From contig JACOWY010000006.1 of NCBI GenBank assembly GCA_016176555.1, positions 1-54,486 on the forward strand: a DNA stretch of 54,486 nt, written 5' to 3'. This document shows positions 43,814-52,586 of the stretch, one piece after another. The position numbers and the translations under genes are program-made. This stretch comes from Candidatus Chisholmbacteria bacterium (GTDB taxonomy: Bacteria > Patescibacteriota > Microgenomatia > UBA1400 > JACOWY01). The notes beneath the pieces were generated by a model that was not told the origin of the DNA, did no database searches, and was given only the letters and a program-made list of their open reading frames with translations. Every line of letters begins with the position of its first letter. Position 1 is the first letter of the stretch.

Positions 43814-43825
43814 AGCGTAAAGCAT

Positions 43826-44365
43826 ATGAGTATCCATCCTCCAGAATATTTCTACCCTCTTTATAAGCCAGAAGATCAACACATATACGACCTAATTGTT
43901 GCGCTGTCTAAAAACCAGAGACTTCCCCGCATTGTTACCTCAAAAACAGAAAGAAACGAATTCACCAAACTACTGATACTAACTGGCAAAATCAAAAATT
44001 ATCGCCTATTTCGTGACAAAGTGGTGGAAGCTTTGGAAAAAGGTCAACTTATATTGAAACAACTCAACGCATTTGGTAAAACGATCAAGATACCTAAAGG
44101 CATAGACACTTCTTGGGCTATTTTCATTCAAGATCAGCGGATTTGCGAGATATTGGACGCATTAGCAGAAACTAAAATTTCCTATACTGGCTCCGATAAG
44201 GAATTTACAGAGTTCCTTTACCGCTATCTCCTGACCCAATTATTACAAGATTGGCGTGGTCCTAAGCTTGCAGTTTCTCTCGAAAGCATCGAAAAGAAGA
44301 AAATTTCGTATTCTTTTCTCAACAAATTATTAAGCGACTGGGATTTTACACACATTTTCAAGTAG
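43826..44365 (+). CDS. hypothetical protein, no recognised domain
   Basis: 179-aa ORF in an AT-richer segment. Confidence 0.5.
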   Translation: MSIHPPEYFYPLYKPEDQHIYDLIVALSKNQRLPRIVTSKTERNEFTKLLILTGKIKNYRLFRDKVVEALEKGQLILKQLNAFGKTIKIPKGIDTSWAIFIQDQRICEILDALAETKISYTGSDKEFTEFLYRYLLTQLLQDWRGPKLAVSLESIEKKKISYSFLNKLLSDWDFTHIFK

Positions 44366-44407
44366 ACTCGCTACCAGTGAGGACCAAAGGAAGAAATTCT
44401 ATAGAGA

Positions 44408-45037
44408 ATGAACTTCATGAATAATCACCTCGTCATCAAACACCACTTTCGCAAAATTGATCCGATCATCTATTCAGTCATGAAAGATTTAGACTTTAGC
44501 GATTGGCTCAAACCGCGTGTAGCAAAAAGAACTGCTCGCGGCTACTTTGCGGCGTTGTGTCGCGAGATTATCGGTCAGCAATTATCGGGCAAAGTCGCCG
44601 ACATCATTCTCACCCGATTTAAAGGATTATCTAAATCCAAAATAATTAAGCCGCAGGACGTTTTAAAACTTTCCGACCAAAAGTTACGTGATGTCGGCAT
44701 GTCCTGGGCCAAAGTTAAATACGTCAAAGATCTCGCCCTTCAAATTTCTAGCCGTTCCCTAAACTTGCATACTGTGCCGTACTTAAGTGATGAGGAGGTT
44801 GTGCACAAACTCACCCAAGTCAAAGGCATCGGTCGTTGGACCGCCGAAATGTTCCTCATCTTCACCCTTGGCCGCGAAGATGTCTTTTCCTTCGGTGATT
44901 TAGGTCTCAAAAAAGGTTTGCAAAAACTCTACAAACTTAAAAAAGTAACCGAGAAAAATGTCCACAAAATTATTGCTCCTTGGTCACCCTACAAATCCTA
45001 CGGCTCCATCGCCCTCTGGCACAGCCTCGAATCATGA
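44408..45037 (+). CDS. HhH-GPD DNA glycosylase (AlkA / 3-methyladenine glycosylase II-like)
   Basis: LTQVKGIGRWTAEMFLIFTLGREDVFSFGDLGLKKG (helix-hairpin-helix plus the catalytic Asp region). Confidence 0.85.
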   Translation: MNFMNNHLVIKHHFRKIDPIIYSVMKDLDFSDWLKPRVAKRTARGYFAALCREIIGQQLSGKVADIILTRFKGLSKSKIIKPQDVLKLSDQKLRDVGMSWAKVKYVKDLALQISSRSLNLHTVPYLSDEEVVHKLTQVKGIGRWTAEMFLIFTLGREDVFSFGDLGLKKGLQKLYKLKKVTEKNVHKIIAPWSPYKSYGSIALWHSLES

Positions 45038-45063
45038 GAGCGTTGAATAATACGTTCTACTAC

Positions 45064-45131
45064 GTCATCCTGGTAACTCAAAGCGAAGCGTGGAGGCATC
45101 CAGGATCTGATTCTGGACAAGCCAGAATGAC
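45064..45131. repeat. GTCATCCTGG..CCAGGATC plus ATTCTGGACAAGCCAGAATGAC units
   Basis: gtcatcctggtaactcaaagcgaagcgtggaggcatccaggatctgattctggacaagccagaatgac. Confidence 0.85.
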
Positions 45132-45310
45132 GAGTTATTCGACAGTCTCAGAGTCATAACCCCTTGCCTTAGCCTGCTCCAACCGCTATGATGGCGCCAA
45201 ATTAAACAACCAACGGTATACTTCTAGCTTAATCTTTATCCCTGCCCGTAAAACTATCGTCGCCAAGTTTCTGCCCGAGAACCACTGGTTCAGAAAGGAG
45301 GTGAGTCAAC

Positions 45311-45646
45311 TTGAGTCTCCAACTTGCCACTATTATCGGCAATGCCACCAAAGATGCGGAACAAAGATCGTCCAAAGACGGCGTCAACTACCTGACCTTT
45401 AGGTTAGCCGTCAGCGGCTACGGTGATAAACCCACCTTTTACAATATTGTCGTCTTTGGCAAATACGGCGAGGTCTTAAAAGACCACATCACCCGAGGCA
45501 GAAAGGTCTTCGCCTCGGGCCGTTTACAAATCAACGACAAAGGCTACGTCAGTGTCGTCGCCGACCACATCGAACTCTTGGCCCAACCCAAAAAGAAAGT
45601 TCAGGCAGAAGCCATCGAGCCACAGCCCGAAACCAAAGAAGTTTAA
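45311..45646 (+). CDS. ssb: single-stranded DNA-binding (OB-fold) protein, short form
   Basis: TTG start 7 nt after the RBS aggaggtga. LATIIGNATKDAEQRSSKDGVNYLTFRLAV..FYNIVVFGKYGE..GRKVFASGRLQ. Confidence 0.72.
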   Translation: MSLQLATIIGNATKDAEQRSSKDGVNYLTFRLAVSGYGDKPTFYNIVVFGKYGEVLKDHITRGRKVFASGRLQINDKGYVSVVADHIELLAQPKKKVQAEAIEPQPETKEV

Positions 45647-45715
45647 TTGACACGATTCGAAGAGTCTCGAGGTTCAGGCTAAAAACCACTCAACCTCTGG
45701 TATAGTGGAAAAATA

Positions 45716-46393
45716 ATGTCTATTGCCCAGAACCTTAAGCAAATCGAAAACCGTATTCACAAGGCTGCCAAAAGAGCAGGGCGAAACCCCAAAAAGATTA
45801 CCCTCGTGGTCGCCGGCAAATATGCTAGTGACAACCAAATGGGTGTGTTAGTCAAAGCGGGCGCCAAAGTCATCGGTGAAAACAGAGAACAAGACTTACG
45901 GAGAAAAAACTCGATATATGGCCCCAAAGTCGACTGGCACTTCATCGGTCACCTCCAACGCAACAAAGTTAAACACGTCATCAAAATCGCGAAGTTAATT
46001 CACTCAGTCGACAGCGTACGATTAATCGCTGAGCTAGAAAATCAGCTTTCCAAAATCAACAAAAAACTGCCGATTCTGCTCGAAGTCAATACCGCTGGCG
46101 AAACGAGTAAATTCGGCGCTTCGCCACAAGAGGTGATAAAGCTTGCCAAACAATGCAGTCAGTGTCGGTTTGTTAAACTCATGGGCCTGATGACCATGGG
46201 CGGCATGGTTGAACACGCTGAAGACAACCGAAAAAATTTTAGATTACTCAAAAATCTAGCCCAAAAAATAGAACGCTTAAAACTGCCCCACATCTCAATG
46301 AAGCATTTATCTATGGGCACCACTCGTGATTTCGAAATCGCCATCGAAGAGGGTGCCACTCTAGTCCGCGTCGGTAGTGCTGTTTTTAATTAA
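45716..46393 (+). CDS. yggS: YggS-family PLP-binding (PLP homeostasis) protein
   Basis: LVVAGKYAS.., WHFIGHLQRNKVK, LMGLMTMG, SMGTTRDFEIAIEEGATLVRVGSAVF. Confidence 0.9.
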   Translation: MSIAQNLKQIENRIHKAAKRAGRNPKKITLVVAGKYASDNQMGVLVKAGAKVIGENREQDLRRKNSIYGPKVDWHFIGHLQRNKVKHVIKIAKLIHSVDSVRLIAELENQLSKINKKLPILLEVNTAGETSKFGASPQEVIKLAKQCSQCRFVKLMGLMTMGGMVEHAEDNRKNFRLLKNLAQKIERLKLPHISMKHLSMGTTRDFEIAIEEGATLVRVGSAVFN

Positions 46394-46408
46394 TAGTAAA
46401 ATACAGCT

Positions 46409-46918
46409 ATGAAAATCGCCGTTCTTTCGGACATCCACGACCACATCGACAAACTTAACCAAGTCCTTAAACAAATCAATGGCAAAGTTGAAGTCATAAT
46501 CTTCTGTGGCGACTTAATTTCACCCTTTACCACTGGCATTCTTGCCCAAGCCAACTTGCCTACCTACGCCTGCCTTGGCAACAACGACGAAGATCACATC
46601 GGCATGTTTAAAAAAGGCGGTAGCAATTTTACCTGGATTCACCTCTCGCAAGAGTTTGGTGAAGTTGAATTAGGTAGGAGAAAAATTGCTTTTTGCCACT
46701 ACCCCAAGCTCGGCGAACTTCTCGCCAAAACCAACGACTACGACGCTGTCTTCTTCGGCCACACCCATGAAGTCGTCAACAAAACTATCGGTAAAACCCT
46801 CCTCCTCAATCCAGGCGCCGTCTGTGGCATCAACTTCGACAAAGGCGACTACGACCTCGCCACTTTTGCGTTCTATGACACATCCACTAATAAAGCTGAA
46901 ATAGTAAAGTTTGCATGA
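46409..46918 (+). CDS. YfcE/MJ0936-type metallophosphoesterase
   Basis: MKIAVLSDIHDH, CGDLISP, GNNDED, FGHTHE, NPGA. Confidence 0.88.
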   Translation: MKIAVLSDIHDHIDKLNQVLKQINGKVEVIIFCGDLISPFTTGILAQANLPTYACLGNNDEDHIGMFKKGGSNFTWIHLSQEFGEVELGRRKIAFCHYPKLGELLAKTNDYDAVFFGHTHEVVNKTIGKTLLLNPGAVCGINFDKGDYDLATFAFYDTSTNKAEIVKFA

Positions 46919-47619
46919 ACTTACCAGGAAAAACAGCCTTAGTTACCGGCGGCTCAAGTGGTTTAGGCCTTTCAATCGCAAAACAACTCCTCCAAGAAAA
47001 AGTCAAAGTTGTTATTTGTGGTCGTTCGCAAGCAGGCATCACCAAAGCGACAAAACAGCTAGGAACCAGTAACCTTGTAGCCGAAGCTTGTGACGTTAGT
47101 AATTTCAGTCAAGTTACTGCATTCACAAAAAAAATTGGCCATATAGATATCTTAATTAACAATGCCGGAGTTTGGCTCGAAGGAGCTCTCGAAAACAACT
47201 CAGTTGAAAAAATTAATGAAACCATAGACGTCAATCTAAAAGGAGTCATTTATACGACCAAAGCCGTGCTACCACAAATGAAGCAAAAGAACGATGGGTA
47301 TATCGTTAACATTTCTTCCACTTCTGGCATCAAAGAGAAAGAAAATCAAGCTGTGTACGTTGCTTCAAAATATGGTGTTCGCGGTTTCACCGATTCACTC
47401 AAACTTGATCTAAAAAACACCAATATCAAAGTGATGGGTCTCTATCCGGGAGGCATGAATACACCACTATTTAAAAAAGCAGGGTATCCAAAAGAAAACC
47501 AAGACTGGATGGACCCCGACAAAGTTGCAGATGTGGTAGTCTTTGCCCTCAAGCAAGATGACACCATGATCCTCGATCATATTGTCATCAACAAAAGGCT
47601 CACCAAACCATTAAATTAG
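46915..47619 (+). CDS. short-chain dehydrogenase/reductase (SDR)
   Basis: TGGSSGLG, NNAG, catalytic S..YVASK. Confidence 0.9.
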   Translation: MNLPGKTALVTGGSSGLGLSIAKQLLQEKVKVVICGRSQAGITKATKQLGTSNLVAEACDVSNFSQVTAFTKKIGHIDILINNAGVWLEGALENNSVEKINETIDVNLKGVIYTTKAVLPQMKQKNDGYIVNISSTSGIKEKENQAVYVASKYGVRGFTDSLKLDLKNTNIKVMGLYPGGMNTPLFKKAGYPKENQDWMDPDKVADVVVFALKQDDTMILDHIVINKRLTKPLN

Positions 47620-47684
47620 CCCGAAGAGTTTCTTATTGTTTTTTCTTGACACATCGTATATAGTAGCGCGGTACTTAATCGCCT

Positions 47685-48407
47685 ATGGCTGCACGCAAGC
47701 GCTCTACCAGAAGAAGAACCCGCCGGAGCCGGCGCTCTTCGAACGTCCTCGCTGCCACTACCAAAAACCCGGAGTCACTTCAATTTAGCCTCGACTACGT
47801 CAAAAAACACCAACTTAAAAGTGGTTTAATCGGGGCTCTGGTTATCATTGCTCTCCTTCTCGCTTTCCCTCTCCGTTTCCTCGTCGTCTCCGCTTCTGTC
47901 AACGGCCAGCCCATCTATTCGTGGCAGTATCTCAGCCAACTCAATAAAAGCGCTGGCAGCCAAACCATTAATCAACTCATCAGCCAAAAATTAATCGAGC
48001 AAGAAATCCAGAAGCAAGGCGTCCAAGTCACCCAAGCAGAGATTGACGCGCAAATGGCCCAAATCGAAAGCCAATTTGGTGAAGAGGGTGGCGGCCTCGA
48101 CACGGTTCTCGCCGCGCAAGGTTTAACCCGCGCCCAATTTACAGACCAAATTCGCCTCAATCTGGGCCTCGAAAAACTCATCAAGGGTACCATCCAAGTC
48201 ACCCCTGAAGAGATTCAGGCAGAATTAACTAAAAATGCCGAGCTTTATGAAAGCTTAAGCGAAGCGGATAGCGCCACCACCGCTGCTGAAAATCTTAGAA
48301 ACGACAAAATGCAAGCCGAATTTCAAACCTGGTTCCAAAAAATCAAAGCAGAAGCCAACATCAAAATAAACCTCCCCCTTCCCGCCTCCCCCGACCTAGG
48401 CGTCTAG
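47685..48407 (+). CDS. SurA-N-terminal-like periplasmic-type chaperone without an obvious PPIase domain
   Basis: Arg-rich N-terminus, one TM segment, helical region with ..QLISQKLIEQEIQKQGVQVTQAEID.. Confidence 0.55.
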   Translation: MAARKRSTRRRTRRSRRSSNVLAATTKNPESLQFSLDYVKKHQLKSGLIGALVIIALLLAFPLRFLVVSASVNGQPIYSWQYLSQLNKSAGSQTINQLISQKLIEQEIQKQGVQVTQAEIDAQMAQIESQFGEEGGGLDTVLAAQGLTRAQFTDQIRLNLGLEKLIKGTIQVTPEEIQAELTKNAELYESLSEADSATTAAENLRNDKMQAEFQTWFQKIKAEANIKINLPLPASPDLGV

Positions 48408-48453
48408 ATTTTCCTAATATAAATTGAACTCTAACATTGCACCTCAAGTGCCA

Positions 48454-48534
48454 TGTCATTCTGAGTGAAACGAAGAATCTCTCTTGTTTTATGAGGGAAG
48501 ATCCTTCGTCGAATCAACTCGACTCAGGATGACA
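48454..48534. repeat. full-length GTCATTCTGAG..TCAGGATGACA element
   Basis: tgtcattctgagtgaaacgaagaatctctcttgttttatgagggaagatccttcgtcgaatcaactcgactcaggatgaca. Confidence 0.85.
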
Positions 48535-48580
48535 CTAGAAACTCCTAGAAACTCATAGACCATTAGTTTTGTCACCGACG

Positions 48581-48958
48581 CTAAAAATAGCTTAAACCTG
48601 CCGGTGACTCATTAAGTGTCATCATCTTTTGTTGCTCGGGCGAGTAGATTTTAGTGATGACAAACTTTCCCGACGTCGTTTTGGTTTTTCCATCCAAAGA
48701 GGCATGAATAGTTTGTTCCAAAATTAAACAGTGCCCCCAATATAGCCATTTGTCGTCAAGATTGTGCACCAAAAAGCACCGAATTGGAGGCGCATGATAG
48801 ATCCGCGCATTGGGTTTACTCTGAAAGTTGAATACTTTACCTTTAAAGTCGGCAGCTTTAAATGGTTTCTGCTGATGCCGTGAAAGTATAAGTTCTTTAG
48901 GAAAACCCTGCTCAGTTGTTACTTGCAAGGTGTCGTTAAGTTCAACAAAACTTCCCAT
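48581..48958 (-). CDS. hypothetical protein (125 aa)
   Basis: Start moved to MGSFVELNDT (48958). The 19 upstream codons in the track lie in a dispersed ~50-bp repeat (48965-49016, also at 51706-51753). Confidence 0.5.
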   Translation of the reverse strand: MGSFVELNDTLQVTTEQGFPKELILSRHQQKPFKAADFKGKVFNFQSKPNARIYHAPPIRCFLVHNLDDKWLYWGHCLILEQTIHASLDGKTKTTSGKFVITKIYSPEQQKMMTLNESPAGLSYF

Positions 48959-49037
48959 AGCGGTATTATGAGCGTAGCGAATAACGTCGGCTCCGCCAAT
49001 GCGGAGCGTAGACATTCTAACACAAGGCGATGGTAAA

Positions 49038-49823
49038 ATGACTCAAAACAATTCGCCTCAGCCACATCAAACCATGCTCTTTTCTGTTTTCGTTTTCGCC
49101 ATCTTACTCATTTCCCTCATCGGCGCCCGCAATGTCTTCGCCTTTTTTCTCCAAGATCTTACGAGAATGTTAACCGGCCACAGTCGCCTTGGCCTAATCG
49201 TCTACAGTCTCCTCTTTCTCCCCGGTGTCATCATCCACGAAATCAGCCATTTTTTTGTGGCGGCTTTTTTAGGCGTCCAAACCGGCACCATCACCATTTT
49301 TCCGTCTGATTTTTCCGATGAAGGTGAGCAATCCTTGGGCTCTGTCCAAATCGCCAAATCAGACGTCCTCCGCGCGAGCCTCATCGGTTTAGCCCCTTTA
49401 TTCCTGGGTAGCCTCAGCATCATCGCCATCACCACTTGGCAGTTCCCACAACTTATAGATAGCGTCTTGAGCCTCGAAGGCACCCTCAACCAACTCCTCA
49501 TCGAGGGCAAAAGAATCCTCGCCGAGCCCCTCAATCTCTTGTGGCTCTATCTCATTTTTGCTATCTCTAACACCATGTTTGTTTCTAAATCCGATCGTCG
49601 CTCCTGGCCCGCTCTTTTAGTCTTACTTGTCCTCCTGGCGCTCATCGCCACTTTAGCCGGTATTTCTTCTTCAGTCATTAACTTTCTCCGTCAACCTATT
49701 CTCGTCGCCCTCAACATTCTCACCGCCGTTTTTTTTGTCAGCCTCTTTGTCGATGTCTTGGCTCTCACCCCGCTCGTGGTCATCCACAACGTTGTCAAAA
49801 AACTTCGCTCAAGTCATCACTAA
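49038..49823 (+). CDS. polytopic membrane protein with HExxH motif (M50/site-2-protease-like)
   Basis: LPGVIIHEISHFFVAAFLG within TM2. About 6 TM helices. Confidence 0.55.
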   Translation: MTQNNSPQPHQTMLFSVFVFAILLISLIGARNVFAFFLQDLTRMLTGHSRLGLIVYSLLFLPGVIIHEISHFFVAAFLGVQTGTITIFPSDFSDEGEQSLGSVQIAKSDVLRASLIGLAPLFLGSLSIIAITTWQFPQLIDSVLSLEGTLNQLLIEGKRILAEPLNLLWLYLIFAISNTMFVSKSDRRSWPALLVLLVLLALIATLAGISSSVINFLRQPILVALNILTAVFFVSLFVDVLALTPLVVIHNVVKKLRSSHH

Positions 49824-49838
49824 CACGAATTTCGCAGC

Positions 49839-49940
49839 TGTCATTCTGAAGCTGAGTCTGTCGAAGCTGAAGAATCTCTCTCGAATGCGAGACTGAAACA
49901 AACTTAAAGATCCTTCGTCGTTTCACTCCTCAGGATGACA
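49839..49940. repeat. full-length GTCATTCTGA..TCAGGATGACA element
   Basis: tgtcattctgaagctgagtctgtcgaagctgaagaatctctctcg..agatccttcgtcgtttcactcctcaggatgaca. Confidence 0.85.
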
Positions 49941-49994
49941 GGAAGTGCGAAACTCATAACTAATTAGCCTGGAAATTGTGCTAGAATTACCTTC

Positions 49995-50495
49995 ATGCCA
50001 AAAAACATGTCCTTCATCAGTCCGACCCTGGGGCAACTCTCTCTCTATGAAGTCGTCCAGGACATTGCCAAATATCTTCACGATGATCCCGAATCGCATT
50101 ACCGTTTGGTCATCGGCTCCGACTCGCACGAGCGCCGCGTCAATGGTCACAAAATAGCTAACTACATCACCGCCGTCGTGGTTCACCGTATTGGCCACGG
50201 TGGCCGTTACTATTGGAAAAATGGCGCCAAAGAGAAAGTTTTTAATCTGAGGCAAAAAATTTACAAAGAAACCCAGCTATCGTTAGAAACCACCGAAGCC
50301 TTAGTGCCTCATATCCGTAAAAGCCTCAACGGCTCTCGCAATTGGGAGTTAGAGATTCACATCGACGTCGGCGAATTCGGCCAAACCCGCGACATGATCA
50401 AAGAAGTCGTCGGCATGGTCACGGGCAATGGCTACACAGCGCGCACCAAGCCCGACTCCTTTGCCGCCACCACCGTCGCCGACAAACACACCTAA
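49995..50495 (+). CDS. YkuK/DUF458-like (RNase H-like fold) protein
   Basis: 166 aa. The pattern ..YRLVIGSDSH..ITAVVVHRIGHGGRYYW..ELEIHIDVG resembles DUF458. Confidence 0.55.
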   Translation: MPKNMSFISPTLGQLSLYEVVQDIAKYLHDDPESHYRLVIGSDSHERRVNGHKIANYITAVVVHRIGHGGRYYWKNGAKEKVFNLRQKIYKETQLSLETTEALVPHIRKSLNGSRNWELEIHIDVGEFGQTRDMIKEVVGMVTGNGYTARTKPDSFAATTVADKHT

Positions 50496-50529
50496 TCAGT
50501 CTCCCTTTTGTTTTGGTACAATTTTTCCT

Positions 50530-51540
50530 ATGAAACTTCTAGTCACCGGTGGCGCCGGTTTCATCGGCTCCAACTTCATTCATTTTTGGCTTAAAAACCA
50601 TCCCTCTGACGACATAGTCAATCTCGACAAACTCACCTACGCCGGCAACCTGGAAAGCTTAAGAGATGTCGAAACCAATCCCCACTACAAGTTTCTCCAG
50701 GGCGATATCACCGACATTGACGCCGTCAACGTAGCCATCCATCAAGCCAACGTCGTGGTTCATTTTGCCGCCGAAAGCCACGTCGACCGCAGTATCTTAG
50801 GCCCTGGAGTATTCGTCACCACCAACGTCATTGGCACCCAAGTATTGCTTGACGCCGCTTTAGAGCACGAAGTCGAGCGCTTCATCCACATTTCTACCGA
50901 TGAAGTTTTCGGTGATCTCCCATTCGACTCTCAGGAAAAATTCAATGAAACATCACCCTACAGCCCCTCGAGCCCCTACGCCGCCTCCAAAGCCGGCTCA
51001 GATCATCTCGCTCGGGCCTATCATCGCACCTTCAATTTGCCGGTCATCGTCACCAATTGTTCCAACAACTACGGCCCCTATCAGTTCCCCGAAAAATTCA
51101 TTTCCCTCGCCATCACCAACATCATCGAAGGCAAAAAAGCCCCTCTCTATGGCGCAGGTAAAAACATTCGCGACTGGCTCTATGTGGAAGATCACTGTCG
51201 GGCTATCGAAACCGTCCTCAGTAAAGGAGAAGTAGGGGAGACGTATTGCGTCGGCGGATTGACTAATGCGATCAGCAATAAAAAGGTCTTAGCCAAAGTT
51301 GCCACATCTATGGGCAAAACATTCGAGGCAACGGTGGAATTAGTCAAAGATCGCCCTGGCCACGATCGCCGTTACGCAGTTGACTGGTCTAAAATAAACC
51401 GAGAGCTCGGTTGGAAACCCCTCCACGACTTTGACACTTGGCTGCAAAAAACCATTGAGTGGTACAAAGCCAACGAACCCTGGTGGAAACCGTTAAAAGA
51501 GCGCGAGCAAGAATACTTCAAGGAGCAATATGAAAATTGA
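50530..51540 (+). CDS. rfbB: dTDP-glucose 4,6-dehydratase
   Basis: ATG at 50530 (MKLLVTGGAGFIGSNF). HFAAESHVDRS, YAASKAGSDHL, RPGHDRRYA. Confidence 0.95.
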   Translation: MKLLVTGGAGFIGSNFIHFWLKNHPSDDIVNLDKLTYAGNLESLRDVETNPHYKFLQGDITDIDAVNVAIHQANVVVHFAAESHVDRSILGPGVFVTTNVIGTQVLLDAALEHEVERFIHISTDEVFGDLPFDSQEKFNETSPYSPSSPYAASKAGSDHLARAYHRTFNLPVIVTNCSNNYGPYQFPEKFISLAITNIIEGKKAPLYGAGKNIRDWLYVEDHCRAIETVLSKGEVGETYCVGGLTNAISNKKVLAKVATSMGKTFEATVELVKDRPGHDRRYAVDWSKINRELGWKPLHDFDTWLQKTIEWYKANEPWWKPLKEREQEYFKEQYEN

Positions 51541-51562
51541 CCTAATTATTCTAATCAATGAC

Positions 51563-51690
51563 TAAATTCCAAATGACAAATTACAAACAATATTAAATAT
51601 CAAAACTCGAATGTTCTAAATAAGTTTTGATATTTGATCATTGGAATTTTGAATTTGCTTGTGATTTGGTGCTTGATGCTTGTAAATTTA
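51563..51690. repeat. AT-rich word palindrome (family of 117-240)
   Basis: ..aaattccaaatgacaaattacaaacaatattaaatatcaaaact / agttttgatatttgatcattggaattttgaatttgcttgtgatttggtgcttgatgcttg. An 11-bp perfect central stem. Confidence 0.75.
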
Positions 51691-51774
51691 CTTAGAAATT
51701 AGATCATTATGAGCGCAGCGAATAACATCGGCTCACCTTGGTGAGCGTAGATTATTAGAAATTAGAAATTTCCT

Positions 51775-52338
51775 ATGTATCAAATCTACACTCTGGACAA
51801 CAAAAACAACTATCCCCTCATCCACGACGTCATCATTCACCCCTTTAAGGTTAATCGCGATCCCCGGGGCACGCTCACCGAAGCCCTCAAAACCACCTGG
51901 GAAGACGTCTATAGCGAAAAAGATATGCCCTTTACCCAAATGTATTTTTCTGAAACCGAATCTGGGGTTTCCCGCGACGTTGACCAATGGCACATACACC
52001 CTTCAGGCCAGCAAGATCGTTTTTTTGTTATCCAAGGCACTATCGTCACCGCCGTCTACGATAACCGAGACGCTTCACCCACCAAAGGCACAGTCAACTT
52101 ATTTCTCATGGGCGACACTGAAAACGACACGGGCCAATATATGCTGGTTATTCCCAAGCAAACCCATCATGGCTACGTCGTGGTAAGTCAAACTCCCGCC
52201 ATCCTCGGCAATTTTCCCACCCGGCTCTATGATCCCAAGGAGGAGGGTCGAACATCAATGAGCGAGGTCAAACTTCCAGACGGCAGCATCTTTTCCTGGG
52301 AAGAAGTTAAGGAAGCCGCAAATGAAATCATCAGGTAG
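51775..52338 (+). CDS. rfbC: RmlC-like cupin (dTDP-4-dehydrorhamnose 3,5-epimerase family)
   Basis: DPRGTLTE.., QMYFSETESGVSRDVDQWHIH..QQDRFFVIQGT... Located between the rfbB and rfbD-like genes. Confidence 0.65.
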   Translation: MYQIYTLDNKNNYPLIHDVIIHPFKVNRDPRGTLTEALKTTWEDVYSEKDMPFTQMYFSETESGVSRDVDQWHIHPSGQQDRFFVIQGTIVTAVYDNRDASPTKGTVNLFLMGDTENDTGQYMLVIPKQTHHGYVVVSQTPAILGNFPTRLYDPKEEGRTSMSEVKLPDGSIFSWEEVKEAANEIIR

Positions 52339-52343
52339 GTTAC

Positions 52344-52580
52344 TCATCCGATAAACACCTCGGACGGTGGCGAGGCAACGACCTCGACTCCTCCGAGGTG
52401 GATTTCACCATCCGAGGAGTCCATGCGGTCACCTCGGAGGTGGTTTAATCCACCGGCTGCCAGCCGAATTCCCCGCCCTTCCATGGGTGGGGATGAGGCG
52501 CCGCTCCCGCCGAGTCGGCGGGAGTAGGGCAGCCTCGGAGGACGGAATCCCCGGCCTTCCACGGCCGGGGAGGACGTCAA
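52344..52580. other. GC-rich block of 5-6 consecutive hairpins (structured RNA or clustered REP-like repeats)
   Basis: Repeated cctcggagg/ccgaggtg words. Paired hairpins gaattccccgcccttccatgggtggggatgagg and ggaatccccggccttccacggccggggaggac. Also ctcccgccgagtcggcgggag. Confidence 0.5.
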
Positions 52581-52586
52581 AGAAAA

